A DNA stretch of 64,000 nt, taken from positions 160,001-224,000 of the forward strand of contig CAVVJT010000007.1 of the NCBI GenBank assembly GCA_963748625.1. Direction: 5' to 3'. The notes below the pieces were generated by a model. The model saw nothing but the letters and a program-made list of their open reading frames with translations, was not told the origin of the DNA and made no database searches. The position numbers and the translations under genes were made by a program. Each line of letters opens with the position of its first letter. Within the stretch, counting starts at the first letter, position 1. Shown here in pieces: positions 8,057-17,721 of this stretch. The stretch is from an uncultured Chloroflexia bacterium (GTDB lineage Bacteria; Chloroflexota; Limnocylindria; Limnocylindrales; CSP1-4).

Positions 8057-9404
8057 CGTCCCCAGCGCGGCCGACACCGCTGCACGCGATCCCGGCGTGC
8101 GCGATCCCGGCGTGCGCGACCTTCTGCGCCTGCCCGACTTCCGGCGCCTGTACCTCGCCCAGGCGATCAGCGACCTCGGCGACGCGATGACCTACATCGC
8201 GCTGTTCCTGCTGGTGTTCGCCCTGACGGGCTCCGCCGGTGCGGTGGCGGTGATGTCGATCCTGGTGGCGCTGCCTCCAGTGGTCGTGGGCCTGTTCGCC
8301 GGCGCCTACGCGGACCGGCACGACCGGCGCCGCATCATGATCGCGTCCGACACGGCACGGGCGCTGGTCGTCGCGATCATGGCGCTCGCCGCCGCTGCCG
8401 GCTCCGTCCCCCTGCTCTTCGTCCTCGCGACCGTCCAGGCGGTGGTTGGCACGTTCTTCGGGCCGGCTCGCATCGCGCTGGTCCCGCGTGCGGTCCCCGA
8501 GGCCGGCCTGCTCGCCGCCAACTCCCTCGGCCAGGCGACGCGCATGGTGATGAGCGTGGTCGGGGCCGGGATCGCCGGCGTCGTCGCGGGCGTGCTCGGG
8601 TTCGCATGGCCCGTGCTGGTGCTCGATGCCGCCACGTTCATGGTCTCTGTGATCCTCGTCCTCCGCGTGACGCCGGCGCTTGGCCTTCCGCAGGCGGCGA
8701 GGGCCGGCGCATCTGCCGCCCGGGAGGGCATCGGCACCGCGGTGATGGAGGGCCTGCGCATCGTGGCCCGCTCACGCACGCTGGTCGCCGCCCTGGGCGG
8801 CGTGGCCGTCACCATGCTGGGCGTCGGTGCGATCAACGTCCTGTTCATCCCATTCCTGGTCCGCGACCTTGGTGCCAGCCCCGCCTGGGCCGGGCCCCTC
8901 GAGGCAGCCCAGACCGTGTCGATGATCCTCGCGGGCTCGATGGTGACGACGCTGGCGGCCCGCCTGCAGCTGCCCCGGCTGTTCACCGGCGGCATCGCGG
9001 GGATGGCCGTGTGCGTGGCGCTGCTGGCCTTCGCGCCCGGCCCATGGGCCCTGCTGCTGATCATGTTCGCGGTCGGCTGGTTCGTGATGCCGGTCCAGGC
9101 TGCAACCATGACGCTGGTCCAGCGGGCGACGACGGACGCCACGCGGGGACGCGTCGGCGGGGCGCTGAACGCGGCCATCCAGGCGGCCTCGATCGGGTCG
9201 ATGGCGCTGGCCGGGATCCTCGCGGACATGGTCGGGATCCGCGCCGTGTTCCTGGGTGGAGCGGCGATTGCGGGCCTGGCGGCCGTCCTTGCCTGGCTCC
9301 TGTTCCGCGGCGCCGACCCGGCAGAGCTCGGGCTGGTCAGACCAGCGGCAAGCGCGGAGGAGGCGAGCCCGGAGGCGGCGAGCCCGGAGGCGGCCGCCGC
9401 CTGA
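8049..9404 (+). CDS. MFS transporter (DHA3/MFS_3-like)
   Basis: FRRLYLAQAISDLGD, GAYADRHDRRRIMIASD; about 12 TM segments. Confidence 0.9.
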   Translation: MTDVPSAADTAARDPGVRDPGVRDLLRLPDFRRLYLAQAISDLGDAMTYIALFLLVFALTGSAGAVAVMSILVALPPVVVGLFAGAYADRHDRRRIMIASDTARALVVAIMALAAAAGSVPLLFVLATVQAVVGTFFGPARIALVPRAVPEAGLLAANSLGQATRMVMSVVGAGIAGVVAGVLGFAWPVLVLDAATFMVSVILVLRVTPALGLPQAARAGASAAREGIGTAVMEGLRIVARSRTLVAALGGVAVTMLGVGAINVLFIPFLVRDLGASPAWAGPLEAAQTVSMILAGSMVTTLAARLQLPRLFTGGIAGMAVCVALLAFAPGPWALLLIMFAVGWFVMPVQAATMTLVQRATTDATRGRVGGALNAAIQAASIGSMALAGILADMVGIRAVFLGGAAIAGLAAVLAWLLFRGADPAELGLVRPAASAEEASPEAASPEAAAA

Positions 9405-9426
9405 GCCCCGCATGGCCCGGATACAG

Positions 9427-9460
9427 CGAGCCCGCCAGGCAGGTGCCAGGCGGGCTCGTT
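9427..9460. terminator. Hairpin between convergent genes, putative terminator
   Basis: CGAGCCCGCC...GGCGGGCTCG 10-bp stem followed by TT. Confidence 0.5.
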
Positions 9461-9487
9461 CGTGTGCGGTGGCCGGGAGCGGCCGTG

Positions 9488-10333
9488 TCAGCCCCCGCGC
9501 CACTCCCCAACTGTGGAGTCGAGGAACCCGATCACCGAGCGGTAGTAGCGGCCGGGGGCGTACGGGTCCATGATCGCCGAGGCGTCCTTGGTCCGGGTCG
9601 AGGTGAACCCGAACTTGCGGTCGCCGGTCTTTGCGGGATCCGTCCAGAACACCCGGGACAGGGTCCAGTCCTTGTTGCCGGTGAACAGCGCCTTGAGCAC
9701 GTAGCCCACCCGCGTGATCCCGCTGGCGTAGACGGCCTTGGCGCCGCCCGCGAGGAACCCGTAGCCGTAGTTGTCCACGCGCTTGATCGCGGTGGACTTG
9801 GTCGGGTTGCCCAGGCCCCACTCGTTGTTGCCCGAGGCGTAGCACAGCCGGTTCAGCACCACGATCGCGCCCGAGGCGACCTGCAGGCGCGCCATGTAGA
9901 ACTCGCCGTAGTACTTGGTGTTGGAGTTGCCGTTGCCGGAGGTCGCGTTGAGCCCCATCCCGTCCTTGGACATCACGGAGTAGGGGGCATGGGAGCTGGG
10001 CCAGCCGTTGCCGTGCCCGAGGTAGACCAGCACGTTGGCACCCACGGCGGCGTCCTTCACGCGGGCCCACGTGGCGTAGGGCGAGTAGACGGTGACGACG
10101 TTCGCGCCGTAGCTTCGAGCCTGGTCGGCGAGCGTACGGGCGCTGTCCTTGTAGTTCTTCGTGGCTGAACCCACCGGGCCCACCACGATGACGACCTTCT
10201 TGCCGGCGGCCTGGGCATGCGGGGCCGAAGCCGTGAGGGCCGTCACGACGATCAGTGCGGCGAAGATGCCGGTCAACAGCGACCGGATCCTCCTGTAGGA
10301 CGCCCTCTGGGCGCCACTATGTGTCTCGGGCAA
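9488..10333 (-). CDS. Secreted hypothetical protein, possible caspase/gingipain-fold His-Cys hydrolase
   Basis: Signal peptide ending AQA; VLVYLGHG and LNRLCYASG motifs; GGGGAGG upstream of a TTG start. Confidence 0.65.
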   Translation of the reverse strand: MPETHSGAQRASYRRIRSLLTGIFAALIVVTALTASAPHAQAAGKKVVIVVGPVGSATKNYKDSARTLADQARSYGANVVTVYSPYATWARVKDAAVGANVLVYLGHGNGWPSSHAPYSVMSKDGMGLNATSGNGNSNTKYYGEFYMARLQVASGAIVVLNRLCYASGNNEWGLGNPTKSTAIKRVDNYGYGFLAGGAKAVYASGITRVGYVLKALFTGNKDWTLSRVFWTDPAKTGDRKFGFTSTRTKDASAIMDPYAPGRYYRSVIGFLDSTVGEWRGG

Positions 10334-10648
10334 CAGTCTTGCCTCCCCTCTGCCGGAACGTCACGCATGGGGCGTGGCGACGGTGGGATGTGGTGCCGTC
10401 GACGGCGCAGCGGGTGGGCGCACATGCCTCCGGGAGCTCGACAGGATGCCTGCCGGTGCGACGGCGTGGGTTCAGTTAGGCCTGTCTGCGGTGACGATTG
10501 TCCGACCCGGAGGGTCTGGGGCAGTATGCCAGAGCAGCGCAAGTGCGACGCTTGGGCCAAAGGTCCCGAACTACGTGGGCGCTATCGTGTGCACGAGGCT
10601 CGTCATCCGACGGGACCCGAGGCTAGCCGGGGTGGATGTGTGTCGGTG

Positions 10649-11656
10649 ATGGGAGCGGCGTCAGGCGGGGTCGCCCTCGCCACGGAAGGGCTGGCGAAGC
10701 GGTACGGGCGCCGGATCGCGCTCGACGGCCTGGACCTGCGCGTCCCCACCGGGGTGGTCTACGGGTTCCTGGGCCCCAACGGCGCCGGCAAGACCACCAC
10801 GATGCGGATCCTCACCGGCCTCGTGCGGGCGGACGCGGGACGCGTGGAGCTGCTGGGCCGTCCCTTCGGCCGCGGTGACCGGCGACGGCTCCACGAGGTT
10901 GGCGCGCTGATCGAGGCGCCCTCGTTCTACCCGTTCCTCTCCGGGCGCGAGAACCTGCGCGCGCTTGCCGCCTCGGGCGCCAAGGTGCCGGCCGGCCGGA
11001 TCGAGGAGCTGCTCGGGCTGGTCAACCTCGGCGACCGGGCATCCGACAAGGTGTCCGGCTACTCGCTTGGGATGAAGCAGCGGCTCGGCATCGCGGGTGC
11101 CCTGCTCTCTTCACCCCGCCTGCTGCTCCTCGACGAGCCGGCCAACGGACTCGATCCGGCGGGGATCGCCGGCATGCGCGACACGCTTCGGGCGCTCGCG
11201 GCAGGCGGCACCACGGTGTTCGTGTCCAGCCACATCCTCTCCGAGATCCAGCAGCTCGCCGACGTCGTGGGGATCGTGGCCCGCGGGCGCCTGGTCCGCG
11301 AGGGCGCGGTCGAGGCCCTCCTGCGTGAGGCGGGCACGGTCCGGGTGCGCGTGGGACCCGCGGAGATCCCGATCGCCGGGGCCGCGCTCGAGGCGTTCTC
11401 CGGACCCGGAACCGTGATGCTCGTCACCGGCCCGGAGGCGGGCTGGCTGGAGGTGCGGGTCGATCCGTCGCGATCGGGGGACCTCAACCGGGCGCTCGTG
11501 GCGAGCGGGGTGTTCGCCACGCGGATCGAGGTGGGCACGACGCTCGAGGCGCTGTTCCTGGAGGTCACGGGATCCAGTCCCGACGTCGGGGCGGCGGTGG
11601 GCGCAGGGCCTGCGCCGGGCAGTGGGCCGGGCGGCGTCCCCGGGTGGCCGGCATGA
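10649..11656 (+). CDS. ABC-2 type transporter ATP-binding protein (BcrA-like)
   Basis: GPNGAGKT, YSLGMKQR, LLLLDEP, SSH. Confidence 0.92.
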   Translation: MGAASGGVALATEGLAKRYGRRIALDGLDLRVPTGVVYGFLGPNGAGKTTTMRILTGLVRADAGRVELLGRPFGRGDRRRLHEVGALIEAPSFYPFLSGRENLRALAASGAKVPAGRIEELLGLVNLGDRASDKVSGYSLGMKQRLGIAGALLSSPRLLLLDEPANGLDPAGIAGMRDTLRALAAGGTTVFVSSHILSEIQQLADVVGIVARGRLVREGAVEALLREAGTVRVRVGPAEIPIAGAALEAFSGPGTVMLVTGPEAGWLEVRVDPSRSGDLNRALVASGVFATRIEVGTTLEALFLEVTGSSPDVGAAVGAGPAPGSGPGGVPGWPA

Positions 11657-12465
11657 GGCAGTTCCGGTCCAGCCTGCGCAAGCTGCGCCGGCGGCCCGCG
11701 TCGTGGGTGACGTTCCTGCTGCTGGTCGGCATGCTCCTGCTGCTCATCTTCTTCATCGTGGTGGCGACGCAGCAGGTCGTCGATCCAACAAGCTCGCTGG
11801 GCGCGCGCCAGTTCCTCACGTTCCCAGCGGCATACGAGCTCACGCTGCAGCTGGTGCTCGGCCTGGGCGGGCTGCTCGCGGTCACATATGGGGCGGCCAT
11901 CGCCGGCTCCGAGTGGACATGGGGGACGCTGAAGGCCGCCGTCGCGCGGGGCGAGAGCCGGACCCGCTATACGCTGGCCGGATACGCGGGCGTGGCGGTC
12001 TACACCTGGATCGGCACGGTCGGGGCGTTTGTCGCCGGTGTCGCCGCGATCGCCCTCGGCGCGCTCGTGGTCAATGCCCCGCTGAGCGGGATGGGCGATC
12101 TCGAGGCGCTGGCGCGCATGCCCGAGCTGTTCGCCCGCGCGTTCCTGGGCCTGGCGATGAACGCGGCCATCGGCTTCGCGATCGCCACCGTGGCCCGCAG
12201 CCAGCTCGCGGGCATCGGCGTGGGCATCGGCCTGTTCTTCCTGGAGGGTGTCGCGAGCGTGTTCCTGCCCGAGGTCCTTCGCTGGTTCCCGTTCTCGGCA
12301 TCGGGGGCGGTCGCCGGTGGCACGTTCGGCCAGGGGGCGGCGATCGAGAGCGGCCTGGGCGCGCAGCTCAGCCCGGACGTCGCGATCCCGGTGGTCATCG
12401 CCTGGCTCGCGGGCTCGCTCGCGGTGGCGTGCGTGTTCACGGAGCGGGCGGAGATCTCCGGGTAG
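11653..12465 (+). CDS. ABC-2 type transporter permease
   Basis: About 6 TM segments, GSEWTWGTLK motif; ATGA overlap with the ATPase. Confidence 0.85.
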   Translation: MRQFRSSLRKLRRRPASWVTFLLLVGMLLLLIFFIVVATQQVVDPTSSLGARQFLTFPAAYELTLQLVLGLGGLLAVTYGAAIAGSEWTWGTLKAAVARGESRTRYTLAGYAGVAVYTWIGTVGAFVAGVAAIALGALVVNAPLSGMGDLEALARMPELFARAFLGLAMNAAIGFAIATVARSQLAGIGVGIGLFFLEGVASVFLPEVLRWFPFSASGAVAGGTFGQGAAIESGLGAQLSPDVAIPVVIAWLAGSLAVACVFTERAEISG

Positions 12466-12692
12466 GCGCTCGCGGGAGCGTCGCCGTGGCCCGCGCACAG
12501 CTCGACGAGTGCGTCAGGGTCAACGAAACGGCGCACCCGTCGCTCGAGGACGGCCGCAACTGGTCGGTTTGCGGGCGTCCGTTGCCTGGCAGTCCTCGGA
12601 TGCCCGCCTTCGGTGGCGTTCCGTACGCTGCTGCGGGGATTCGTCGCCTGCCACGCGCCAGCGGGCCGAGGCTTGACTGGCCCCGCAGACGC

Positions 12693-13193
12693 TCAGCCCC
12701 GGCGGGCGACCGGCGCGAACGATCCCCTCGCGACCGCGACCATGTCTGCGGCTGCCAGCTCGATCTCCAGGCCGCGCCGGCCCGCTGACACGTGGATCGT
12801 CGGATAGCCGAGCGCGGAGGTATCCACGACAACCGGCAGCGGGCGTCTCGTCCCCAGGGGTGAGATCCCGCCCAGCACGTAACCCGTGGCCTTCTCGGCC
12901 TCGGCGGCCTGGGCGATCACCGCCCTGCGAGCCCCCAGCGCACCGGCAGCGGCCTTGAGGTCCACCTCCGCATCGGCCGGGACCACGCACAGGCCCAGGC
13001 GCCCGTCGGCGCTCACTACGATCGTCTTGAAGACCCGCCCGGCCTCGATCCCGAGGGCGTCGACCGCCTCGAGCGCATAGCCGCGGCCACCCTTGTCGAG
13101 CGATGCCCGGGCGTCGTGTGCATATTCATGCACCGTATACGCAATGCCGGCATGCCGCGCCGCATCGACCGCGCGCGTCCCCTGTGCGCTCAT
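12693..13193 (-). CDS. ybaK: Cys-tRNA(Pro) deacylase, YbaK/EbsC family
   Basis: VFKTIVV, EKATGYVLGGISPLG, VSAGRRGLEIEL. Confidence 0.92.
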   Translation of the reverse strand: MSAQGTRAVDAARHAGIAYTVHEYAHDARASLDKGGRGYALEAVDALGIEAGRVFKTIVVSADGRLGLCVVPADAEVDLKAAAGALGARRAVIAQAAEAEKATGYVLGGISPLGTRRPLPVVVDTSALGYPTIHVSAGRRGLEIELAAADMVAVARGSFAPVARRG

Positions 13194-13322
13194 GGTCCCA
13201 TTGTCGGGTATGCTCCGGCGGTCCGGCGTCGCCGCGGCCCTCGGGTTGACCGAGGGCGCCACATCGGACGATCACATCAGCGGCCGCCGCCCAGCGGCCA
13301 GGACCGGAGACCACGACCCACC

Positions 13323-14579
13323 TTGCGATTCGAAGAGCTAGGGCTCTCTGCCGACCTCCTGAGCACCGTCGTCGAAGAAGGCTACGAAGAGCCAACGCCC
13401 GTCCAGGAACGGGCAATCCCACTGGTGCTCCAGGGCAAGGATGTCCTTGCCGCCGCCCAGACGGGTACCGGCAAGACCGCCGCGTTCACCCTCCCCATCC
13501 TCGACCGTCTTCGGCCGTACGCGAACACCTCGTTCTCACCTGCACGGCACCCCGTGCGCTGCCTCGTGCTGACGCCAACCCGGGAGCTGGCGGTCCAGGT
13601 CTCCGAGGCCATCCAGGTCTACGGCCGGAAGGTTCCGCTCCGCGCCTCCGTGGTGTACGGCGGGGTGCCCCTCGATCCGCAGATCAAGGAGCTGCGCGAC
13701 GGCGTCGAGATCCTGGTCGCCACGCCGGGGCGGCTCCTTGATCTCGTGGGCCAGCGCGCCGCGAACCTGACCCAGGTGGAGATCCTCGTCCTGGACGAGG
13801 CGGACCGGATGCTGGACATGGGGTTCATGCCCGACATCCGCCGGATCCTGGACCTGCTGCCCAACCGCAAGCAGACGCTGCTGTTCTCGGCCACGTTCTC
13901 CGACGACATCAAGCGACTTGCGGGCTCCATCCTCAAGGACCCTGAGACCATCGAGGTCTCGCGGCATGGGACCGCCGCTGAAACCGTCCGCCAGCTCGTC
14001 TACCCGGTGGACCGGGACCGCAAGGAGGAGCTGCTGGCTCACCTCATCCTCGAGGGCGACTGGCACCAGGTCCTGGTCTTCACGCGCACCAAGATCGCGG
14101 CGTCCCGCCTGGCGTCCTGGCTGGACCGTCATGGCGTGGCCGCCACGGCCATCCATTCCGACCGCGCCCAGTCCGACCGCACCAAGGCCCTCGACGGGTT
14201 CAAGGCAGGCGAGATCCGGGTGCTGGTCGCGACGGACGTCGCGGCTCGCGGCCTGGACATCGACGCCCTGCCGCACGTCGTCAACTTCGAGCTCCCGTGG
14301 AACCCCGAGGACTACGTGCACCGGATCGGGCGCACCGGTCGCGCCGGCGCGACGGGCGATGCCATCAGTCTCGTCTGCATCGACGAGGCCGATCTGCTCC
14401 GCGGCGTGCAGCGTCTCCTCCAGCGGGCGATCCCGTGGGAGGTCGCGGACGGGTTCACCCCACGTCGGGAGGATGCCCAGCCGCTAAGGGCGCCGCGTGG
14501 CGCAGGCGGCTCAGGAGGCGGATCACGCGGCGGCTCACGCGGCGGATCCAGCGGTGGGCGGGGTCGCAGCCGGGGCTGA
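13323..14579 (+). CDS. rhlE: DEAD-box RNA helicase (RhlE-like)
   Basis: AQTGTGKT, PTRELA, DEAD, SAT, HRIGRTGRAG; RG-rich tail. Start estimated at TTG 13323. Confidence 0.93.
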   Translation: MRFEELGLSADLLSTVVEEGYEEPTPVQERAIPLVLQGKDVLAAAQTGTGKTAAFTLPILDRLRPYANTSFSPARHPVRCLVLTPTRELAVQVSEAIQVYGRKVPLRASVVYGGVPLDPQIKELRDGVEILVATPGRLLDLVGQRAANLTQVEILVLDEADRMLDMGFMPDIRRILDLLPNRKQTLLFSATFSDDIKRLAGSILKDPETIEVSRHGTAAETVRQLVYPVDRDRKEELLAHLILEGDWHQVLVFTRTKIAASRLASWLDRHGVAATAIHSDRAQSDRTKALDGFKAGEIRVLVATDVAARGLDIDALPHVVNFELPWNPEDYVHRIGRTGRAGATGDAISLVCIDEADLLRGVQRLLQRAIPWEVADGFTPRREDAQPLRAPRGAGGSGGGSRGGSRGGSSGGRGRSRG

Positions 14580-14649
14580 TCCCCGGGCAGCGGATGCGAC
14601 GGGCTCGCGGACGCGACGGGCTCGCAGACGCTGACGAGTTCTGGGAAGC

Positions 14650-16104
14650 CTACGGGTTCGCGGACGCGGACGGATCCGCCGACGGCTCCGCCTTGGGCAG
14701 CACGATCTTGAGCAGCGCCCGCTCGAACCGCCCCGGATCCCACACGCCCTGGTTGGTGAGGACCGCGATCGCGATCCCGTCGTCGGGCAGGTAGCGGACC
14801 TCGTTGCGGAACCCCAGGAACCGGCCGGAATGCCCGAGCGCCCTGTGGCCGAGAACCGGGACCGCCTGGATGCCGAGGCCGTACGGGATGCGGGCGCCCA
14901 GCTTGCGGGTGACCGCGACATCGGCCAGCTGCGCCCGGCGGGTGGCCGCCGAGAGGACATCGCCGCCCGCGTACGCCTGCATCCACCGGGCCGCGTCCAG
15001 GGCCGTCGCGGCGATCGACCCCGCTCCGTCGGCTGCGGTCACCACCGAGCGGAAGGGCATGACGTCCGATGGCGGGGCCACGGCCACGAACCGCACGCCG
15101 CCGCCCGCCCTGGGCACGATGCGATACCCGACGGCACCCTCCACGCGAGGCTCCTCGGCCGCCTGGTACCACGAGGTCTCGAGACCGAGCGGGTCGAGCA
15201 GGCGCTTGCGGACCTCCTTGGCCAGGGGCCTTCCGGTGACCTTCTCCACCAGCTCGCCGAGCAGGAGGTAGTTGGCGTTGGAGTACATCCACAGGTTGCC
15301 CGGATCGGGGTGCCGCTTCCTGACGTACTTCCAGGTCTGCTCCGCGGTCCAGGTCGCATCGGGCGTCGCCTGGAGGGGCCTGTCGATCCTCGCGTTGAGG
15401 AAGTAGTCCGGCAGGCCACTCGTGTGATCGAGCAGCTGGCCGACGGTCATGCGCGGGTGCAGGTTGTAGGCGGGCAGCAGCGAGGCGACATTGGTGTCGA
15501 GCGAGAGCTTCCCCTCCTCCACCAGCTGCAGGACGACGGCCGCTGTGAACGTCTTCGACACCGACGCGAGCGCGAACGCGGTGCCCGTGGTCATCGGCTC
15601 CTTCGCCTGGACGTCGGCCCAGCCCGAGGCGCCCAGCCACTGGCGCCCGTCGTCCCACACGATCGCGACCGAGACACCCGGAATGCCCATCTGCTTGCGC
15701 AGCGCGTCGAGCTTGCGCTGGAGCCGCGCGGCCGGGATGCCGTCGGGGTCCTCGGGGGCCTCGGGCGTGGCAGTTGCCCCCGGCGTGGGGCTGGCTGCCG
15801 GCGCGGTGGCCGGAGCGGAGGGCGAGGGCGTCACCGGCTCGACCGGCTCGCCGGTGCCCGCGGGCTCCACCGACGCGACCGGACCAGCCAACGCCGTCGG
15901 GCTCGGGCCGCCGAGCTGGGTGGAGGCGACCGGACTCGCGGCTGCGGCGATGTCGGCCGGGGCGGCGGGACGACCGAGGATGCTGCCCAGGAGGACGGCG
16001 ACCACGGCCAGCACCACCGCGCCCCCCAGGAGCCACGGCGTCAGGCCACGGGACGAGCCCGCCTGTTGGGAGCCGGGCACGCGCCCGGCCGGATTGTTCG
16101 GCAT
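14650..16104 (-). CDS. Membrane-anchored serine hydrolase (beta-lactamase/D-Ala-D-Ala peptidase family)
   Basis: ASVSKTF (SxxK), LLDHTSG, YSN, GHSG; N-terminal TM and Pro/Ala linker. Confidence 0.9.
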   Translation of the reverse strand: MPNNPAGRVPGSQQAGSSRGLTPWLLGGAVVLAVVAVLLGSILGRPAAPADIAAAASPVASTQLGGPSPTALAGPVASVEPAGTGEPVEPVTPSPSAPATAPAASPTPGATATPEAPEDPDGIPAARLQRKLDALRKQMGIPGVSVAIVWDDGRQWLGASGWADVQAKEPMTTGTAFALASVSKTFTAAVVLQLVEEGKLSLDTNVASLLPAYNLHPRMTVGQLLDHTSGLPDYFLNARIDRPLQATPDATWTAEQTWKYVRKRHPDPGNLWMYSNANYLLLGELVEKVTGRPLAKEVRKRLLDPLGLETSWYQAAEEPRVEGAVGYRIVPRAGGGVRFVAVAPPSDVMPFRSVVTAADGAGSIAATALDAARWMQAYAGGDVLSAATRRAQLADVAVTRKLGARIPYGLGIQAVPVLGHRALGHSGRFLGFRNEVRYLPDDGIAIAVLTNQGVWDPGRFERALLKIVLPKAEPSADPSASANP

Positions 16105-16200
16105 GATGGTGAGACGATACGATGGGTTCGCCGAACCGTCCCCCAGCAGCCGATCCCGGGGCTCCACCGGCCACCGTCCACCACCGGAGACCGTTGCCCC

Positions 16201-17430
16201 ATGGCCATCGATCGAAGCGCTTCCGCCCTCCTGCGAGAGGTCGGTCTCATGGCCGACGGCCCGGCCGAGTGGGGCCGGCCCATCCGGTACGACGGGCCGG
16301 GCGTGTTCATCGTGGAGCTCGCGGCTCCCGTGGCCTCCCCGGCGATGGATCTTGCGCCCGTCGGCAAGTGGCTCGAGCGGGTCCCCGAGCTGCGCCTCGA
16401 CGGCATCCGCCCGACCTCGCGCGATCTCGCCGAGCGCCTGCGCTCGTTCTGGCTGCCGTCCCAGCCGGTCCTCCTGATCAGCTCGACCGAGCGCAGCGTC
16501 GGCGGCCGCCTGGCCGCGATCTCCAAGACCGTGCCGGGCGACCGAAGGCCCGCGTGGACCGGGTTCTGGCTGCACTTCCTGCGCAACGCGGCCGAGCTGC
16601 GGATCTGGTGGGCCACGACCCCCGATGCAGATTCCACCATGCTTGCCGAGCTGGAGCTGCTGGAGGCGTTCGCGAAGGGCGTGCCGGCCGAGGAGGCCGC
16701 CGGGCTCCGCGCAGGCTCCGCGGTGCTGCCGTGGGGCGTGCTGCAGACCAAGGATGCGGGGCGCAAGCTGACCGGGATCTCGAACCCGCTCCTGCCAGAG
16801 GTCGAGGCGCCGAAGGCCAAGCCCGTGTCGCGGATCGTGGAGCTGCCTACCGGCGAGGCGGACGGCGCGCAGGACGAGGCGAAGCGCGGACGACGTCCGG
16901 CCCCGGGCCGTGGGACCGGCAGGATCGCGTCGGCCGCGGCCTACGCCGCCCAGGGATCGCCGCGCAAGGCGCGCCCGGCCCCGGTGCTGCTCTCGCCCGA
17001 AGGCCACGAACGCTTGCTCGCCGAGATGGCTGAGCTGGTCGCGCAGCGCCCCGATGTCATCAAGCGGATTGCGACGGCGCGCGAGCACGGCGATCTCAAG
17101 GAGAACGCGGAGTACCACGCGGCGCGCGAGGAACAGGGGTTCCTGGAGGGCCGCATCAAGACGCTCGATGCCAAGCTCAAGGTGGCCCAGGTGGTCGCGC
17201 CGACGGTGCGCGGCCAGCACGTGGAGCTGGGATCCAAGGTCCGCGTTGAGGTGGATGGGGACGAGAGCACGCTCCAGGTGGTCAACGGCGCCGAGGCGAA
17301 CTCCCGCGACGGCCGGATCTCGAACGTGTCGCCGGTGGGCGCCGCCCTCATGGGGCGCCAGGTTGGCGACGTGGTGATCATCGTCACGCCGGGCGGCGAG
17401 ATCCGCTACGAGATCCTCGAGATCAGCTAG
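16201..17430 (+). CDS. greA: GreA elongation factor with ~250 aa N-terminal extension (degenerate GIY-YIG-like domain plus linker)
   Basis: C-terminal AREHGDLKENAEYHAAREEQ and ISNVSPVGAALMG; continuous ORF from ATG 16201. Confidence 0.88.
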   Translation: MAIDRSASALLREVGLMADGPAEWGRPIRYDGPGVFIVELAAPVASPAMDLAPVGKWLERVPELRLDGIRPTSRDLAERLRSFWLPSQPVLLISSTERSVGGRLAAISKTVPGDRRPAWTGFWLHFLRNAAELRIWWATTPDADSTMLAELELLEAFAKGVPAEEAAGLRAGSAVLPWGVLQTKDAGRKLTGISNPLLPEVEAPKAKPVSRIVELPTGEADGAQDEAKRGRRPAPGRGTGRIASAAAYAAQGSPRKARPAPVLLSPEGHERLLAEMAELVAQRPDVIKRIATAREHGDLKENAEYHAAREEQGFLEGRIKTLDAKLKVAQVVAPTVRGQHVELGSKVRVEVDGDESTLQVVNGAEANSRDGRISNVSPVGAALMGRQVGDVVIIVTPGGEIRYEILEIS

Positions 17431-17520
17431 TCACCCGGCGCCCGGCGGATGCCGGGGGCCGGCGGGTGCCGGCACGCCTGGTGGCACGCCCGGTGGCGCC
17501 ACGGCGCCCCAGCCCCTCGC

Positions 17521-17657
17521 CGGCGCCCCAGGCAGGGGGGATCGGGGGCCTCCACCCTGGGCTCAACCCCCCGTTTGCCGATCCGGGGGTTGATCCACGA
17601 GGGCCGCAGCGCGTTTCGCCCCATGTGCGGTTGGGGGGGTTCACCCCGACGGGGCAG
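17521..17657 (+). repeat. Intergenic repeat family C, copy 1
   Basis: Colinear similarity to 49066-49199 (CGGCGCCCCAG, CGATCCG.GGGTTGATCC, CGTTTCGCCCCATG, CGACGGGGC). Confidence 0.8.
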
Positions 17658-17721
17658 CCGCGGACAGCGCAGGGACGTCTGGCGCGCCGTCCTCGTCCAG
17701 CAGCCCGCGAGCGAAGTGCGC

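Noticed and set aside
10340-10640. Possible riboswitch (e.g. c-di-AMP) in the long leader of the secreted protein
   Set aside because: No consensus riboswitch motifs were recognisable by eye; an Rfam scan would be needed.
12470-12690. ~220 bp spacer between convergent genes, possibly another repeat element or sRNA
   Set aside because: No second copy in the window and no clear structure.
14650-17430. Apparent 856 and 866 aa overlapping antiparallel ORFs
   Set aside because: They resolve into two divergent genes starting at 16104 (-) and 16201 (+); the extensions are antisense read-through.
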